A DNA stretch of 64,000 bases. Source: Minisyncoccota bacterium (GTDB lineage: Bacteria > Patescibacteriota > Minisyncoccia > Phycocordibacterales > WO2-35-19). The translations under genes and the position numbers were made by a program. This document shows, piece after piece, positions 55,087-63,351 of this stretch. The stretch is taken from assembly GCA_041664625.1 (NCBI GenBank), contig JBAYKK010000003.1:4331-68330 (forward strand). Reading direction: 5' to 3'. Under the pieces are notes generated by a model. That model did not search any database. It was given only the letters and a program-made list of their open reading frames with translations, and had not been told where the DNA came from. Every line of letters starts with the position of its first letter. Positions within the stretch are counted from its first letter, which is position 1.

Positions 55087-55692
55087 CTATTTTTTGTATT
55101 GCATGATGCCGGCTCCCTTGATCTCAGTTTGGCCCGCTTTGCGTATAAATTTTTTATTGACTTCGGGTACGAAATTGAAATGCGGTGAACTGTCCAAAGC
55201 CTCGGCAATTTCATCCAAATCTTGTTCGGCTGTCACCCAAGCTGTGCCAAATTTTTTCCAAATATCAAATGGTTTGGAAAAAGATTTCAAAGTTTTTTCA
55301 CCCGAATCTAAAAAATATTCATGATAAAAAGACAAAGCTAGTTCGCGAGGATTTTGGTAAATCGGATCACGGAAACGCAAGACTGAGTGATTGGTTTTGG
55401 AAATCGCTCCCCAAAATCCATTTATTTTGAAAACACACAAAACATGGTCGTAATCTTTTTTTAAATCCTTAACTTTCAAGTCTAGCAAATAGTTTTCTAT
55501 TTTATTTTGTTGTAAACACAGGCAAGCCAAAATAGCTCCTTCAAAGCAGTGCATCCTTCCTGCTTCCAAAACTCGCTTGGGCGACATATAAGTCTCTCCC
55601 CTTTTTTCAAAATTGAAAGGGGTTTTGTCCAAAAAATCCTGCACCTTGGCCGGCGTGTTGAGTTTTTTTATTATTTTTGGCAGTTTTTTCAT
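55087..55692 (-). CDS. transglutaminase-like cysteine peptidase fold protein (putative)
   Basis: Start at MKKLPK; GRMHCFEGAILACLCL fits the GxCxxFAxxL catalytic-Cys motif, later DHVLCVF (His) segment. Confidence 0.4.
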   Translation of the reverse strand: MKKLPKIIKKLNTPAKVQDFLDKTPFNFEKRGETYMSPKRVLEAGRMHCFEGAILACLCLQQNKIENYLLDLKVKDLKKDYDHVLCVFKINGFWGAISKTNHSVLRFRDPIYQNPRELALSFYHEYFLDSGEKTLKSFSKPFDIWKKFGTAWVTAEQDLDEIAEALDSSPHFNFVPEVNKKFIRKAGQTEIKGAGIMQYKK

Positions 55693-55698
55693 GTTTGT

Positions 55699-55743
55699 CC
55701 TCACCCCTTATCCCCTCTCCTTGGCAAGGAGAGGGGGCGAGCA
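55699..55743 (-). repeat. promoter-hairpin-RBS cassette, copy 1
   Basis: cctcaccccttatcccctctccttgGcaaggagaggggGcgagca; 2 mismatches vs 56521-56565; supplies a GGTGAGGA Shine-Dalgarno 5 nt before the ATG. Confidence 0.8.
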
Positions 55744-55744
55744 C

Positions 55745-56161
55745 TTATCGCATTATTTCAGGTATTTTATTACGAGGAATTTTTCTTACTTTAATTTTAT
55801 TGTGACCCCCAAGGTAAAGCTTTGCTAGGCGATGCAATCCATCAAGAATACGCCATCTACCTTTATTCTCCATAATATCAATTGGATGGTTTATATCTGC
55901 CTCTTGTATTTTACGAAAGTGAGTTGGTTCATTTTCCGGGTATTTTATAACTTCCCAGGGCGTTAAATTAAATTCTGTTAAATTAAATTTATTTTTGCCT
56001 CCCCTGTCCCAAAATGGAATATCAAAATGCCAGATTAATTCCTGAATATCTATTTCCGTCACCGGTTCATTAAGTTTCCAAACTTTCTTTGGATTCCAAG
56101 CGGTGCCGATACCAACATCTTTTATTATTTGTGGTATTTTGTTGTTTTTATTGTTTTCCAT
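55745..56161 (-). CDS. ParB/sulfiredoxin-like nuclease-fold domain protein (putative)
   Basis: 138 aa; GRWRILDGLHRLAKL resembles the ParB-like DGxHR motif. Confidence 0.4.
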   Translation of the reverse strand: MENNKNNKIPQIIKDVGIGTAWNPKKVWKLNEPVTEIDIQELIWHFDIPFWDRGGKNKFNLTEFNLTPWEVIKYPENEPTHFRKIQEADINHPIDIMENKGRWRILDGLHRLAKLYLGGHNKIKVRKIPRNKIPEIMR

Positions 56162-56513
56162 TATTTATTTCATTATAAATCTTTTTCAATACTTTTTCTA
56201 TGTCATTTTCTACCTCCTCATTTAAAAATCTAATTGTTGTGTATTCAAGTTCTTTAAAAAATTTGTCTCTCACCGCATCGTATTCTTTTGCTTCTTTGGT
56301 ATTATGTATTTCTCCATCAAGCTCAATGATTAATTTTTTCTTGGCGCAATAAAAATCCAAAATATAACCACCGATGCTGTATTGTCTTTTAAATCTAAAA
56401 CCTAGTTTTTGATTTCTTAATTTCTCCCACAGCAATTTTTCTTGAGGGGTAGCTCTTTTGCGTAATTCTTGTCTCCTGTCTCCTAATTCAAATATGTTGT
56501 GAATTAATCTCAT
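56148..56513 (-). CDS. DUF559 / Vsr-like PD-(D/E)xK endonuclease domain protein
   Basis: GGYILDFYC...LIIELDGEIH core typical of DUF559; start taken at the internal ATG (MRLIHN). Confidence 0.6.
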   Translation of the reverse strand: MRLIHNIFELGDRRQELRKRATPQEKLLWEKLRNQKLGFRFKRQYSIGGYILDFYCAKKKLIIELDGEIHNTKEAKEYDAVRDKFFKELEYTTIRFLNEEVENDIEKVLKKIYNEINNGKQ

Positions 56514-56520
56514 AAAAATC

Positions 56521-56602
56521 CTCACCCCTTATCCCCTCTCCTTGACAAGGAGAGGGGACGAGCAGTATCTACATTATACTAAAATCTAGATTGGGGTGAG
56601 GA
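56521..56602 (-). repeat. promoter-hairpin-RBS cassette, copy 2, with distal inverted ggggtgagg partner
   Basis: cctcacccc(56521)...cccctctccttgacaaggagagggg hairpin...TATAAT (as tacattatac on +)...ggggtgagg(56594). Confidence 0.8.
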
Positions 56603-56638
56603 CTTTTTGGAGTAAAATTATATGTTATATTATACACA

Positions 56639-57673
56639 ATGTTATATCAAAAAATCCTAAAACCTCTGCTTTTTAAGTTTGATCCGGAAAAGGTCCATGA
56701 TTTTTTTGTTTATGTCGGCGAAGCTCTTAGTAAGTTTGGATTCTCTAGGAATTTGGTGGCTCTTTCTTTTAGATATAAAGGCAAAGATATTTCCAAAACC
56801 GTAGATGGTTTGACTTACCAGACTCCTTTTTTGCTTTCAGCTGGGTTTGATTATAATGGTCAATTAATTAATATTTTGCCAGAAATTTCATTTGGTGGAG
56901 TAGAAGTGGGCTCGGTCACGGCTCGGGTCTGTAGCGGTAATCTGAAACCGCGTCTCACCCGCCTGCCCAAGTCGCACAGCATCATAGTCAACAAAGGTCT
57001 GCGTAATGATGGGGTGGAAGTTGTTATTGAGCGATTGAAAAAATATCCCGAAAAGAAAAATTTTGTCGTAGGAGTTTCTATCGCTCGCACTAATGATATA
57101 AAATGTGTTTCGGTGGAAGAAGGTATAGCTGATTATTTTCAGAGTTTCAAAAGATTGAATGAAGAAAATGTAGGTGACTACTATACTTTGAATATTTCTT
57201 GCCCCAACGCTTTTGGTGGCGAAACTTTTGCCAATCCGGAGAGGCTGGAGTCTTTGCTTACCAAAATTTCTGAAATCAAGTGTGATAAGCCGGTTTATAT
57301 CAAGATGCCTATCAATTTGGAGTGGTATGAGTTTGATGGTTTACTCAAAGTGATAAAAAACTTTCTTTTAGTTAAAGGTGTGATCATTGGTAATTTAAAT
57401 AAAAATTATAATGATCTGGATTATAGAGATGAAGCACCGGGAGAGTACGCTGGTGGTTTAAGTGGCAGGCCTTGCTTTGAACTTTCTAATCAGTTGATCA
57501 AAAAAACTCGAGAAAATTACGGCACAAGATTCACTATCATTGGTTGTGGCGGTGTGATGTCGGTCCAAGATTCTCGAGCAAAATTTGCAATGGGAGCAGA
57601 TTTGGTTATGCTTATAACGGGCATGATTTTTAATGGCCCAGGTTTTATAAAAGAATTAGCTAAATCAGTATGA
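56639..57673 (+). CDS. pyrD: dihydroorotate dehydrogenase (quinone), class 2
   Basis: LNISCPN, GGLSG, IIGCGGV motifs; collinear with E. coli PyrD. Confidence 0.8.
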   Translation: MLYQKILKPLLFKFDPEKVHDFFVYVGEALSKFGFSRNLVALSFRYKGKDISKTVDGLTYQTPFLLSAGFDYNGQLINILPEISFGGVEVGSVTARVCSGNLKPRLTRLPKSHSIIVNKGLRNDGVEVVIERLKKYPEKKNFVVGVSIARTNDIKCVSVEEGIADYFQSFKRLNEENVGDYYTLNISCPNAFGGETFANPERLESLLTKISEIKCDKPVYIKMPINLEWYEFDGLLKVIKNFLLVKGVIIGNLNKNYNDLDYRDEAPGEYAGGLSGRPCFELSNQLIKKTRENYGTRFTIIGCGGVMSVQDSRAKFAMGADLVMLITGMIFNGPGFIKELAKSV

Positions 57674-58425
57674 ATAAAAAAATAATGCTAGTGTCTGGGA
57701 TTTTAGTGGTTATTTTGGGTGTTTTTTTGGTTGTAAAAAATGTTTCTTTGGCACCAACGCCCGAAGAAAATCAAAGCAATTCTCAATCTTCCTCCACTGA
57801 AAATTCATTGGGTAAAATAAAAATTGATCCAGTCGTGAATACGCAGACTTTGCCATTTTCTGATAGTCCCAAAGATGTTGCTTGGGCGGTTTTTTCAAAA
57901 TATCTGGCTTTCAATAAAGAGCAAAATTTGGCAGGAGTCAAAAGTGTAGTTTATAAAATCAATCCGGTTTGCGCTGACGAGATCACAAGTGTTGATTGCA
58001 AAGCGCGGATGGATTCGGCCTATTCTTATGGTAGTGCTTTAAAAAAAGCAGATTTTGTAAATATTTGGAGTGACGAAAAGCAAATGATTTTGACTACTGA
58101 TTTTTGGTTAGAATCATCCAAAGAAATGGATCAGTACGGCCGGTTCAGAGGCATTATATTTTTTGTGAAAGGCGAGGCAGGTTGGAAACTTTTGAGTTTT
58201 TCTCCAACTAAAGGTGGTGCTACCAATAAAGGGTTGGCCAGTCAAGAAGAAATCGATACTCGAATCATCCGCTACACTGAAGACCAAGACTTTGATGGGT
58301 TAGCTGATTATGAAGAAGAGTGTTTGAACAAGCCCAACGATAATACTTGTATCAAAACCTCTCCCAAACTCCGCGACACCAATGGCAATGGCCTCTGGGA
58401 TGGTGTAGAAGCTTTGATGAAATAA
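57670..58425 (+). CDS. membrane-anchored extracytoplasmic hypothetical protein with C-terminal Ca-binding-like DxDGDG motif
   Basis: N-terminal TM; DTNGNGLWDG near C-terminus; ATGA overlap with pyrD. Confidence 0.45.
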   Translation: MNKKIMLVSGILVVILGVFLVVKNVSLAPTPEENQSNSQSSSTENSLGKIKIDPVVNTQTLPFSDSPKDVAWAVFSKYLAFNKEQNLAGVKSVVYKINPVCADEITSVDCKARMDSAYSYGSALKKADFVNIWSDEKQMILTTDFWLESSKEMDQYGRFRGIIFFVKGEAGWKLLSFSPTKGGATNKGLASQEEIDTRIIRYTEDQDFDGLADYEEECLNKPNDNTCIKTSPKLRDTNGNGLWDGVEALMK

Positions 58426-58433
58426 CGTTTTGC

Positions 58434-58463
58434 TTGACAAAGTAGGGTGTTTGGGTGTATAAT
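58434..58463 (+). promoter_or_regulatory. consensus sigma70 promoter TTGACA-18-TATAAT
   Basis: Both hexamers perfect; 32 nt upstream of the 58496 ATG. Confidence 0.5.
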
Positions 58464-58495
58464 GTACACAGGAAATATACAAAGGAGTTTTTACA

Positions 58496-58630
58496 ATGTG
58501 GCAGAGACTTGGAAACTACGAGTATGAATGCGAAGGACACACCTACACCGGTTGGTGCAGGTGTGTCAATGGCCAGATGGCCAATGGTCACTGGCCCGAA
58601 TTCAACTACCGCACGGGTGAGCAAAGATAA
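58496..58630 (+). CDS. small Cys/Trp/Tyr-rich peptide (44 aa) MWQRLGNYEYECEGHTYTGWCRCVNGQMANGHWPEFNYRTGEQR
   Basis: Below track cutoff; RBS aaaggag 8 nt before ATG; consensus promoter; GC ~55%. Confidence 0.4.
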   Translation: MWQRLGNYEYECEGHTYTGWCRCVNGQMANGHWPEFNYRTGEQR

Positions 58631-58723
58631 TCACTTTCCGCCACCCGGATAGCCGTCGCTCCTCCAACTACGCCGCAAGGCTTCGCTGGGCGAGCTGGGC
58701 GGCTTTCTTTTTGTAAAAAAATC

Positions 58724-58750
58724 ACAATTACAATGGCCGTCATTGTAATT
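58724..58750 (-). terminator. typA terminator
   Basis: caattacaatg-gccgt-cattgtaattt followed on the minus strand by a T7 run. Confidence 0.6.
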
Positions 58751-58775
58751 TTAAGTGTGGTGTAATTTGAAGTAT

Positions 58776-60554
58776 TTATTTCTTCCCTGCTTTGGAGCGT
58801 TCGAGTTCGGTTAGGAGTTTTTTGCGCAAACGAGCAGATTTGGGAGTGATTTCTAGATATTCATCTTCGGCCATTATTTCCAAACCACTTTCAATGCTGA
58901 TAGGAGTAGGTGGTGCCAAATATATTTTGTCATCTGAGCCGGAAGCTCGCATGTTGGTCAATTGTTTGCCTTTGGTTGGGTTCACGGTCATATCATCCCC
59001 TTTTGATGTGTTGCCGATAACCATACCCTCATAAACTTCGATAGCGGGGCCGATATAAAGTGTGCCTCGAGTTTGTAAGTTGTCCAAAGAGAAAGCCAGA
59101 ACTTTGCCAGATGCCATAGCGATCATTGAACCAGTTGGTTTCTTTTGGATTTCACCGGCGTAAGGTTTGAAACCGATCACTCGACTGGCAAAAACTCCTT
59201 CACCTTTGGTGTCAACAACGAATTGATTGCGGTAACCCAAAAGTCCACGAGTTGGTCCTTCAAAAATAAATCGTAAGTGATTGTTGTGAGATTTGGTGCT
59301 AATCATTTGAGCTCCTCTTTTACCCAATTTTTCGATGACTACTCCTTGCATTTCAGATGGCACGTCGATAGTGATTTCTTCAAAAGGTTCACTCTTTTTA
59401 CCGTCTATTTCTTTTATGATGACTTGAGGTTGTGACACCTGCATTTCAAAACCTTCTCTTCTCATATTTTCCAAAAGGATAGCGATATGCAATTCTCCTC
59501 GGCCAAAAACTTTCATGTTGTCGCCGTCAAAATCTACTTTGAGTCCGACGTTCACTTCCAATTCTTTGACCAATCGGTCTCTGATTTGTCGGCCAGTGAC
59601 AAATTTACCTTCACGGCCAGCAAATGGTGAATTGTTAACCAAAAAATCCAAAGCGATAGTCGGTTCATCTACTTCGATGATAGGCAAACTCTCGGTGTCT
59701 TTGTCATCCGTTATGGTGTCTCCAATATAAATATTTGGTAAGCCGGCGATCATCACGATGTCTCCAGCTTGTGCCTCAGCTATTTCTTTGCGAGCGATAC
59801 CTTCGAAGGTGAATATTTTGGTGATCTTGCCTTCTTCGATACCACCTCCGGTTTTTTTGACGTAAACTTTTTGTCCATCTTTGAGACTGCCTTCATAAAC
59901 CCGAGCGATCGCCATACGACCCAGAAAGTTGTCGTAAGCCAAATTGAAAGGCTGAGCTTTTAGAGGTAATTCGATATTTTGTTTGGCTGGCGATACTTTT
60001 TCCAAAATAGTATCAAGTAGTGGAGTGAGATCAGTGCTTTCATCGCCCAAATTTTTCATCGCCACACCATTTTTGGCGATAGCATAAACGGTGGTGAAAT
60101 CGAGCTGTTCTTCGGTGGCGCCAAGATCAAAAAATAATTCAAAAATTTCATCGTGAGCTTTTTTGGGATCAGCCGCTTTTTTGTCTATTTTATTTAAAAC
60201 TACGATTGGTTTGTGGCCGATCTCCAAAGATTTTTTCAAAACGAAACGAGTTTGAGGCATCGGACCTTCTTGAGCGTCAACTACCAAAAGTACCGAATCA
60301 ATAGAACGCAAAATACGTTCTACTTCTGAACCGAAATCGGCGTGCCCTGGGGTGTCTACGATATTGATTTTGGTGTCTTTGTATAAAACACTCGCATTTT
60401 TGGAATAAATAGTAATACCACGCTCTTTTTCGAGCGCGTTAGAATCCATGGAGACTCCTTCTTTTTCAAAACCGGTTTGACGCAAAATAGCGTCTGTCAG
60501 CGCTGTTTTGCCATGGTCCACATGGGCTATGATTGCTATATTGCGTATTTCCAT
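58776..60554 (-). CDS. typA: translational GTPase TypA/BipA
   Basis: [14 protein letters not shown]1, DTPGHADF G3, EF-G-like domain order, 592 aa. Confidence 0.9.
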   Translation of the reverse strand: MEIRNIAIIAHVDHGKTALTDAILRQTGFEKEGVSMDSNALEKERGITIYSKNASVLYKDTKINIVDTPGHADFGSEVERILRSIDSVLLVVDAQEGPMPQTRFVLKKSLEIGHKPIVVLNKIDKKAADPKKAHDEIFELFFDLGATEEQLDFTTVYAIAKNGVAMKNLGDESTDLTPLLDTILEKVSPAKQNIELPLKAQPFNLAYDNFLGRMAIARVYEGSLKDGQKVYVKKTGGGIEEGKITKIFTFEGIARKEIAEAQAGDIVMIAGLPNIYIGDTITDDKDTESLPIIEVDEPTIALDFLVNNSPFAGREGKFVTGRQIRDRLVKELEVNVGLKVDFDGDNMKVFGRGELHIAILLENMRREGFEMQVSQPQVIIKEIDGKKSEPFEEITIDVPSEMQGVVIEKLGKRGAQMISTKSHNNHLRFIFEGPTRGLLGYRNQFVVDTKGEGVFASRVIGFKPYAGEIQKKPTGSMIAMASGKVLAFSLDNLQTRGTLYIGPAIEVYEGMVIGNTSKGDDMTVNPTKGKQLTNMRASGSDDKIYLAPPTPISIESGLEIMAEDEYLEITPKSARLRKKLLTELERSKAGKK

Positions 60555-60631
60555 CCTCTTAAAATTTTACGAATTAAAAATCCCCTAGGGGAAGTTCCTT
60601 AACTATACACTATTTTTTAAATAAAACAAAT

Positions 60632-61099
60632 TTAATACTCAATCGTAAATGAGAAAGAAATAGAGGCGTCGTTTTCGGGCAGGCCGGAGGGATTGTCTTT
60701 GTGCAAAACTAAAGTGGCGGGGCCGATATAGGTCTGCGGTATCTTGATGAGAGCCTTGAAGGGCACGAAATTTTCGGTCATCCAGTTGATTTCGCCGGTT
60801 TGGGGGTCAGGCTCCGCTTGAGCTATGCCTTTGGCCAAAACTTGGCCTTTTTCATCCAATACCTCTATAGGGAAAGAAGCTTCAAAAAACCAAAATCCAC
60901 GAGCCTGCCCTATTACACTAAATTCTTTGCCAGTGACAGCTCCAGGGAAAGGTAATTCTACTTTTATCAAATCGACAGTCGCATTTTTATAGGTGATGGC
61001 TTGGGCGGGTGCTTTTGGACTGTTTGAAGTAAAACGTATCGCGAATATTATGGCGATGAGAATTAGTAACATTATACTTATTAAATATACTTTTTTCAT
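60632..61099 (-). CDS. secreted hypothetical protein (Ig-like/Gmad2-like fold suspected)
   Basis: Signal/anchor MKKVYLISIMLLILIAIIFA; beta-rich. Confidence 0.45.
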   Translation of the reverse strand: MKKVYLISIMLLILIAIIFAIRFTSNSPKAPAQAITYKNATVDLIKVELPFPGAVTGKEFSVIGQARGFWFFEASFPIEVLDEKGQVLAKGIAQAEPDPQTGEINWMTENFVPFKALIKIPQTYIGPATLVLHKDNPSGLPENDASISFSFTIEY

Positions 61100-61111
61100 T
61101 ACTTCATTTTA

Positions 61112-61158
61112 ACACAAAACAAAACCCCACGTCTGAAGTGGAGTCTTGTTTTGAATTT
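61112..61158 (-). terminator. terminator after the SWIB gene
   Basis: ~14-bp imperfect stem caaaacaaaaccccac/gtggagtcttgttttg plus T-rich tail on the minus strand. Confidence 0.5.
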
Positions 61159-61170
61159 AAAAAATTTAAA

Positions 61171-61425
61171 TTAGGAAAGGTGTTTGGAGAGGTGTCCGGC
61201 CATTTTCATCATGTGGACCACTTTTTCACCGTTGAAAACTTTCAAAAGCTTTTCATCTGAATTGATGAGTCTTTTGTCTTTTGGATCTTGAAGATTGTTA
61301 GCTTTGATATATACCCACATTTTAGAAACTACTTCTGATCTAGGCATTGGGCCTTTACCTACGACTGCTTCTAATTCGGGGCTTACATTCATCGGCTTCA
61401 TAAAAGCGGAATTTGTTTTTGCCAT
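61171..61425 (-). CDS. SWIB/MDM2 domain protein
   Basis: 84 aa; KMWVYIKANNLQDPKDKRLINSDEKLLKVF matches the SWIB core. Confidence 0.7.
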   Translation of the reverse strand: MAKTNSAFMKPMNVSPELEAVVGKGPMPRSEVVSKMWVYIKANNLQDPKDKRLINSDEKLLKVFNGEKVVHMMKMAGHLSKHLS

Positions 61426-61572
61426 GTTTTTTATTTATCTCGAATTTAATTTATCGAGTGGTTATTAATAAATACTTGGTAATTATATCATTAAATTAAA
61501 ATAATAGCTACAACAAAAAACCATCATTTTTGAGGTGATGGCTTTTTGTTGTTTTTTCTAAAATTTTTAGAA

Positions 61573-61779
61573 TTAAGCACGAGCGACGTTTACAGCTGAT
61601 GGGCCTTTGCCACCCTCTTCAGCTTCTTTGGTTTCAAAAGATACAGAGTCTCCTTCTCTCAATTCTTCAAAAGTGACACCTACTAGTGCGCTTTTGTGAA
61701 AAAAGAGATCACCGCTTTGACCTTCTTGACTGATGAAGCCAAAACCTCTCTCGTTCAATTTTTTTATTGTTCCTGTCAT
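61573..61779 (-). CDS. cold-shock protein (CspA family)
   Basis: 68 aa; GFGFI RNP1 motif, FFHKS RNP2-like. Confidence 0.85.
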   Translation of the reverse strand: MTGTIKKLNERGFGFISQEGQSGDLFFHKSALVGVTFEELREGDSVSFETKEAEEGGKGPSAVNVARA

Positions 61780-61874
61780 GATATTATTTTTTTGCTTATT
61801 TTATTTAATGTATAGATAGAACCTCGACTTTATTTGTCTTCTTCTAATACCCATCTATTATACCTTATCCAAGC

Positions 61875-63155
61875 TTAGTTTACAAACGTCAAAGCTTTGC
61901 CGAGTTTACCTGCTCTGCCGGTCCGGCCGATACGATGGACGTAATCGTCGTGAGTGGCTGGTATGTCGTAATTTATAACGTGGGAGACATCAGCGATATC
62001 CAGTCCCCTAGCCGCGACGTCGGTGGCTACTAGTATTTTTACGTTGTTTTCTTTGAATAATTTCAAAGCTTGTTGACGTCTGGCGTGATTTTTGTCGCCA
62101 TGGATTGATTCGGCTTTGAATCCTCTTTTGCTCAAAACTTGAGAAAGTTTTTCTACGCCGTGTTTGGTGCGTCCAAAAATCAGAACTTTGGTTAGTTCTT
62201 TTTGGTTCAACAAATCATGCAAGGTGTCTATTTTTTCGCTACCCATTTTGACTCGGACGATATCTTGGTCTACGTTTTTGGAGGTGTCAGAAGTTTTGAC
62301 GGAAATACGAATTGGTGAACGCAAAAATTCACTGATTAGTTTTTCAACTTCAGGCGAAAGTGTAGCTGAGAAAAATAAAGTCTGACGACTTTTGGGCATG
62401 CCGGCCATGACTGCGCGCATGTCATTTACGAAACCCATATCGAGCATACGATCAGCTTCATCCAATACGATTGTGTTAAATTCAGAAAGAATAATGAGTT
62501 TGCGATCAATCAAATCTTTCAATCTCCCAGGTGTACCGATGATGAAGTTGTATTGATATTTCAAATCTTTTATTTGTTTGCCGATCGGTGCACCACCAAC
62601 ACAACAAACCGAGAATATTTTCATACCTTGAGCAAATTCTTTGAGCTCGCTGTCTATTTGGATAGCGAGTTCGCGAGTTGGGACTATCACCATCACTTGT
62701 TCTTTGCGATTTTGCAAGATCTTGTGCAAGAGTGGCAAAAGGAAAGCGGCAGTTTTGCCGGTCCCGGTGTTGGCGATACCCACTAGGTCGTTACCCAAAA
62801 GTACTTGAGGGATAGCTTTGTCTTGTATCGGAGTTGGCAAAACGTAACCCTTGGCGATGATAGAAGTTTTTAATCTTTCGTCTATCAAAAAATCTTCAAA
62901 TTTATTTGTGGGTACGAAATGTGCCACTTCTTCAGTCACTGTAACTTTGTTTATAAAACGTGATATATCTATCCTTTCGCTTTTTCCGCGTCTGCCTGCG
63001 CCGGCAGATCTGCCTCCTCCTCGGCTTCCACCAAAGCTTGGCCTTCGACTATTAAATGAACCACGGCTAAAACTCCCTGTTCGAGGGCTACTGTTTGGTC
63101 GCGCACCAAAGCGCGACGGTGTTCGTGTTTTTGTATACATACTATAAAAGGCCAA
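61875..63155 (-). CDS. DEAD-box ATP-dependent RNA helicase with RG-rich N-terminal tail
   Basis: Q-motif, GTGKTAAF (motif I), DEAD, SAT, HRIGRTGR; R/G/S-rich N-terminus. Confidence 0.85.
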   Translation of the reverse strand: MAFYSMYTKTRTPSRFGARPNSSPRTGSFSRGSFNSRRPSFGGSRGGGRSAGAGRRGKSERIDISRFINKVTVTEEVAHFVPTNKFEDFLIDERLKTSIIAKGYVLPTPIQDKAIPQVLLGNDLVGIANTGTGKTAAFLLPLLHKILQNRKEQVMVIVPTRELAIQIDSELKEFAQGMKIFSVCCVGGAPIGKQIKDLKYQYNFIIGTPGRLKDLIDRKLIILSEFNTIVLDEADRMLDMGFVNDMRAVMAGMPKSRQTLFFSATLSPEVEKLISEFLRSPIRISVKTSDTSKNVDQDIVRVKMGSEKIDTLHDLLNQKELTKVLIFGRTKHGVEKLSQVLSKRGFKAESIHGDKNHARRQQALKLFKENNVKILVATDVAARGLDIADVSHVINYDIPATHDDYVHRIGRTGRAGKLGKALTFVN

Positions 63156-63308
63156 AAGCCTATAACTTTTGGTCTTTATATCCCGATTATATTAAGGGAG
63201 GGGCGACCAATGCGTCCCAAGTAGTGAATGTAAAACAAAAACTAGTGAGATCAGAGTTATAATATAAGTATATACCAAAACCAATATCTTGTCAAGAAAA
63301 AATATATA

Positions 63309-63331
63309 AAGAAAAAGCGGCCCCAATTGCA
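63309..63331 (-). terminator. terminator of the ABC transporter gene
   Basis: gcggcccca-attgca-tggggccgc; T-run on the minus strand. Confidence 0.6.
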
Positions 63332-63351
63332 TGGGGCCGCCCGGAATCGGA

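Noticed and set aside
60586-60597. cccctagggg palindrome downstream of typA
   Set aside because: A 2-nt loop makes an RNA hairpin implausible. Isolated 10-bp palindrome without a flanking T-run or repeats. Not reported as a feature.
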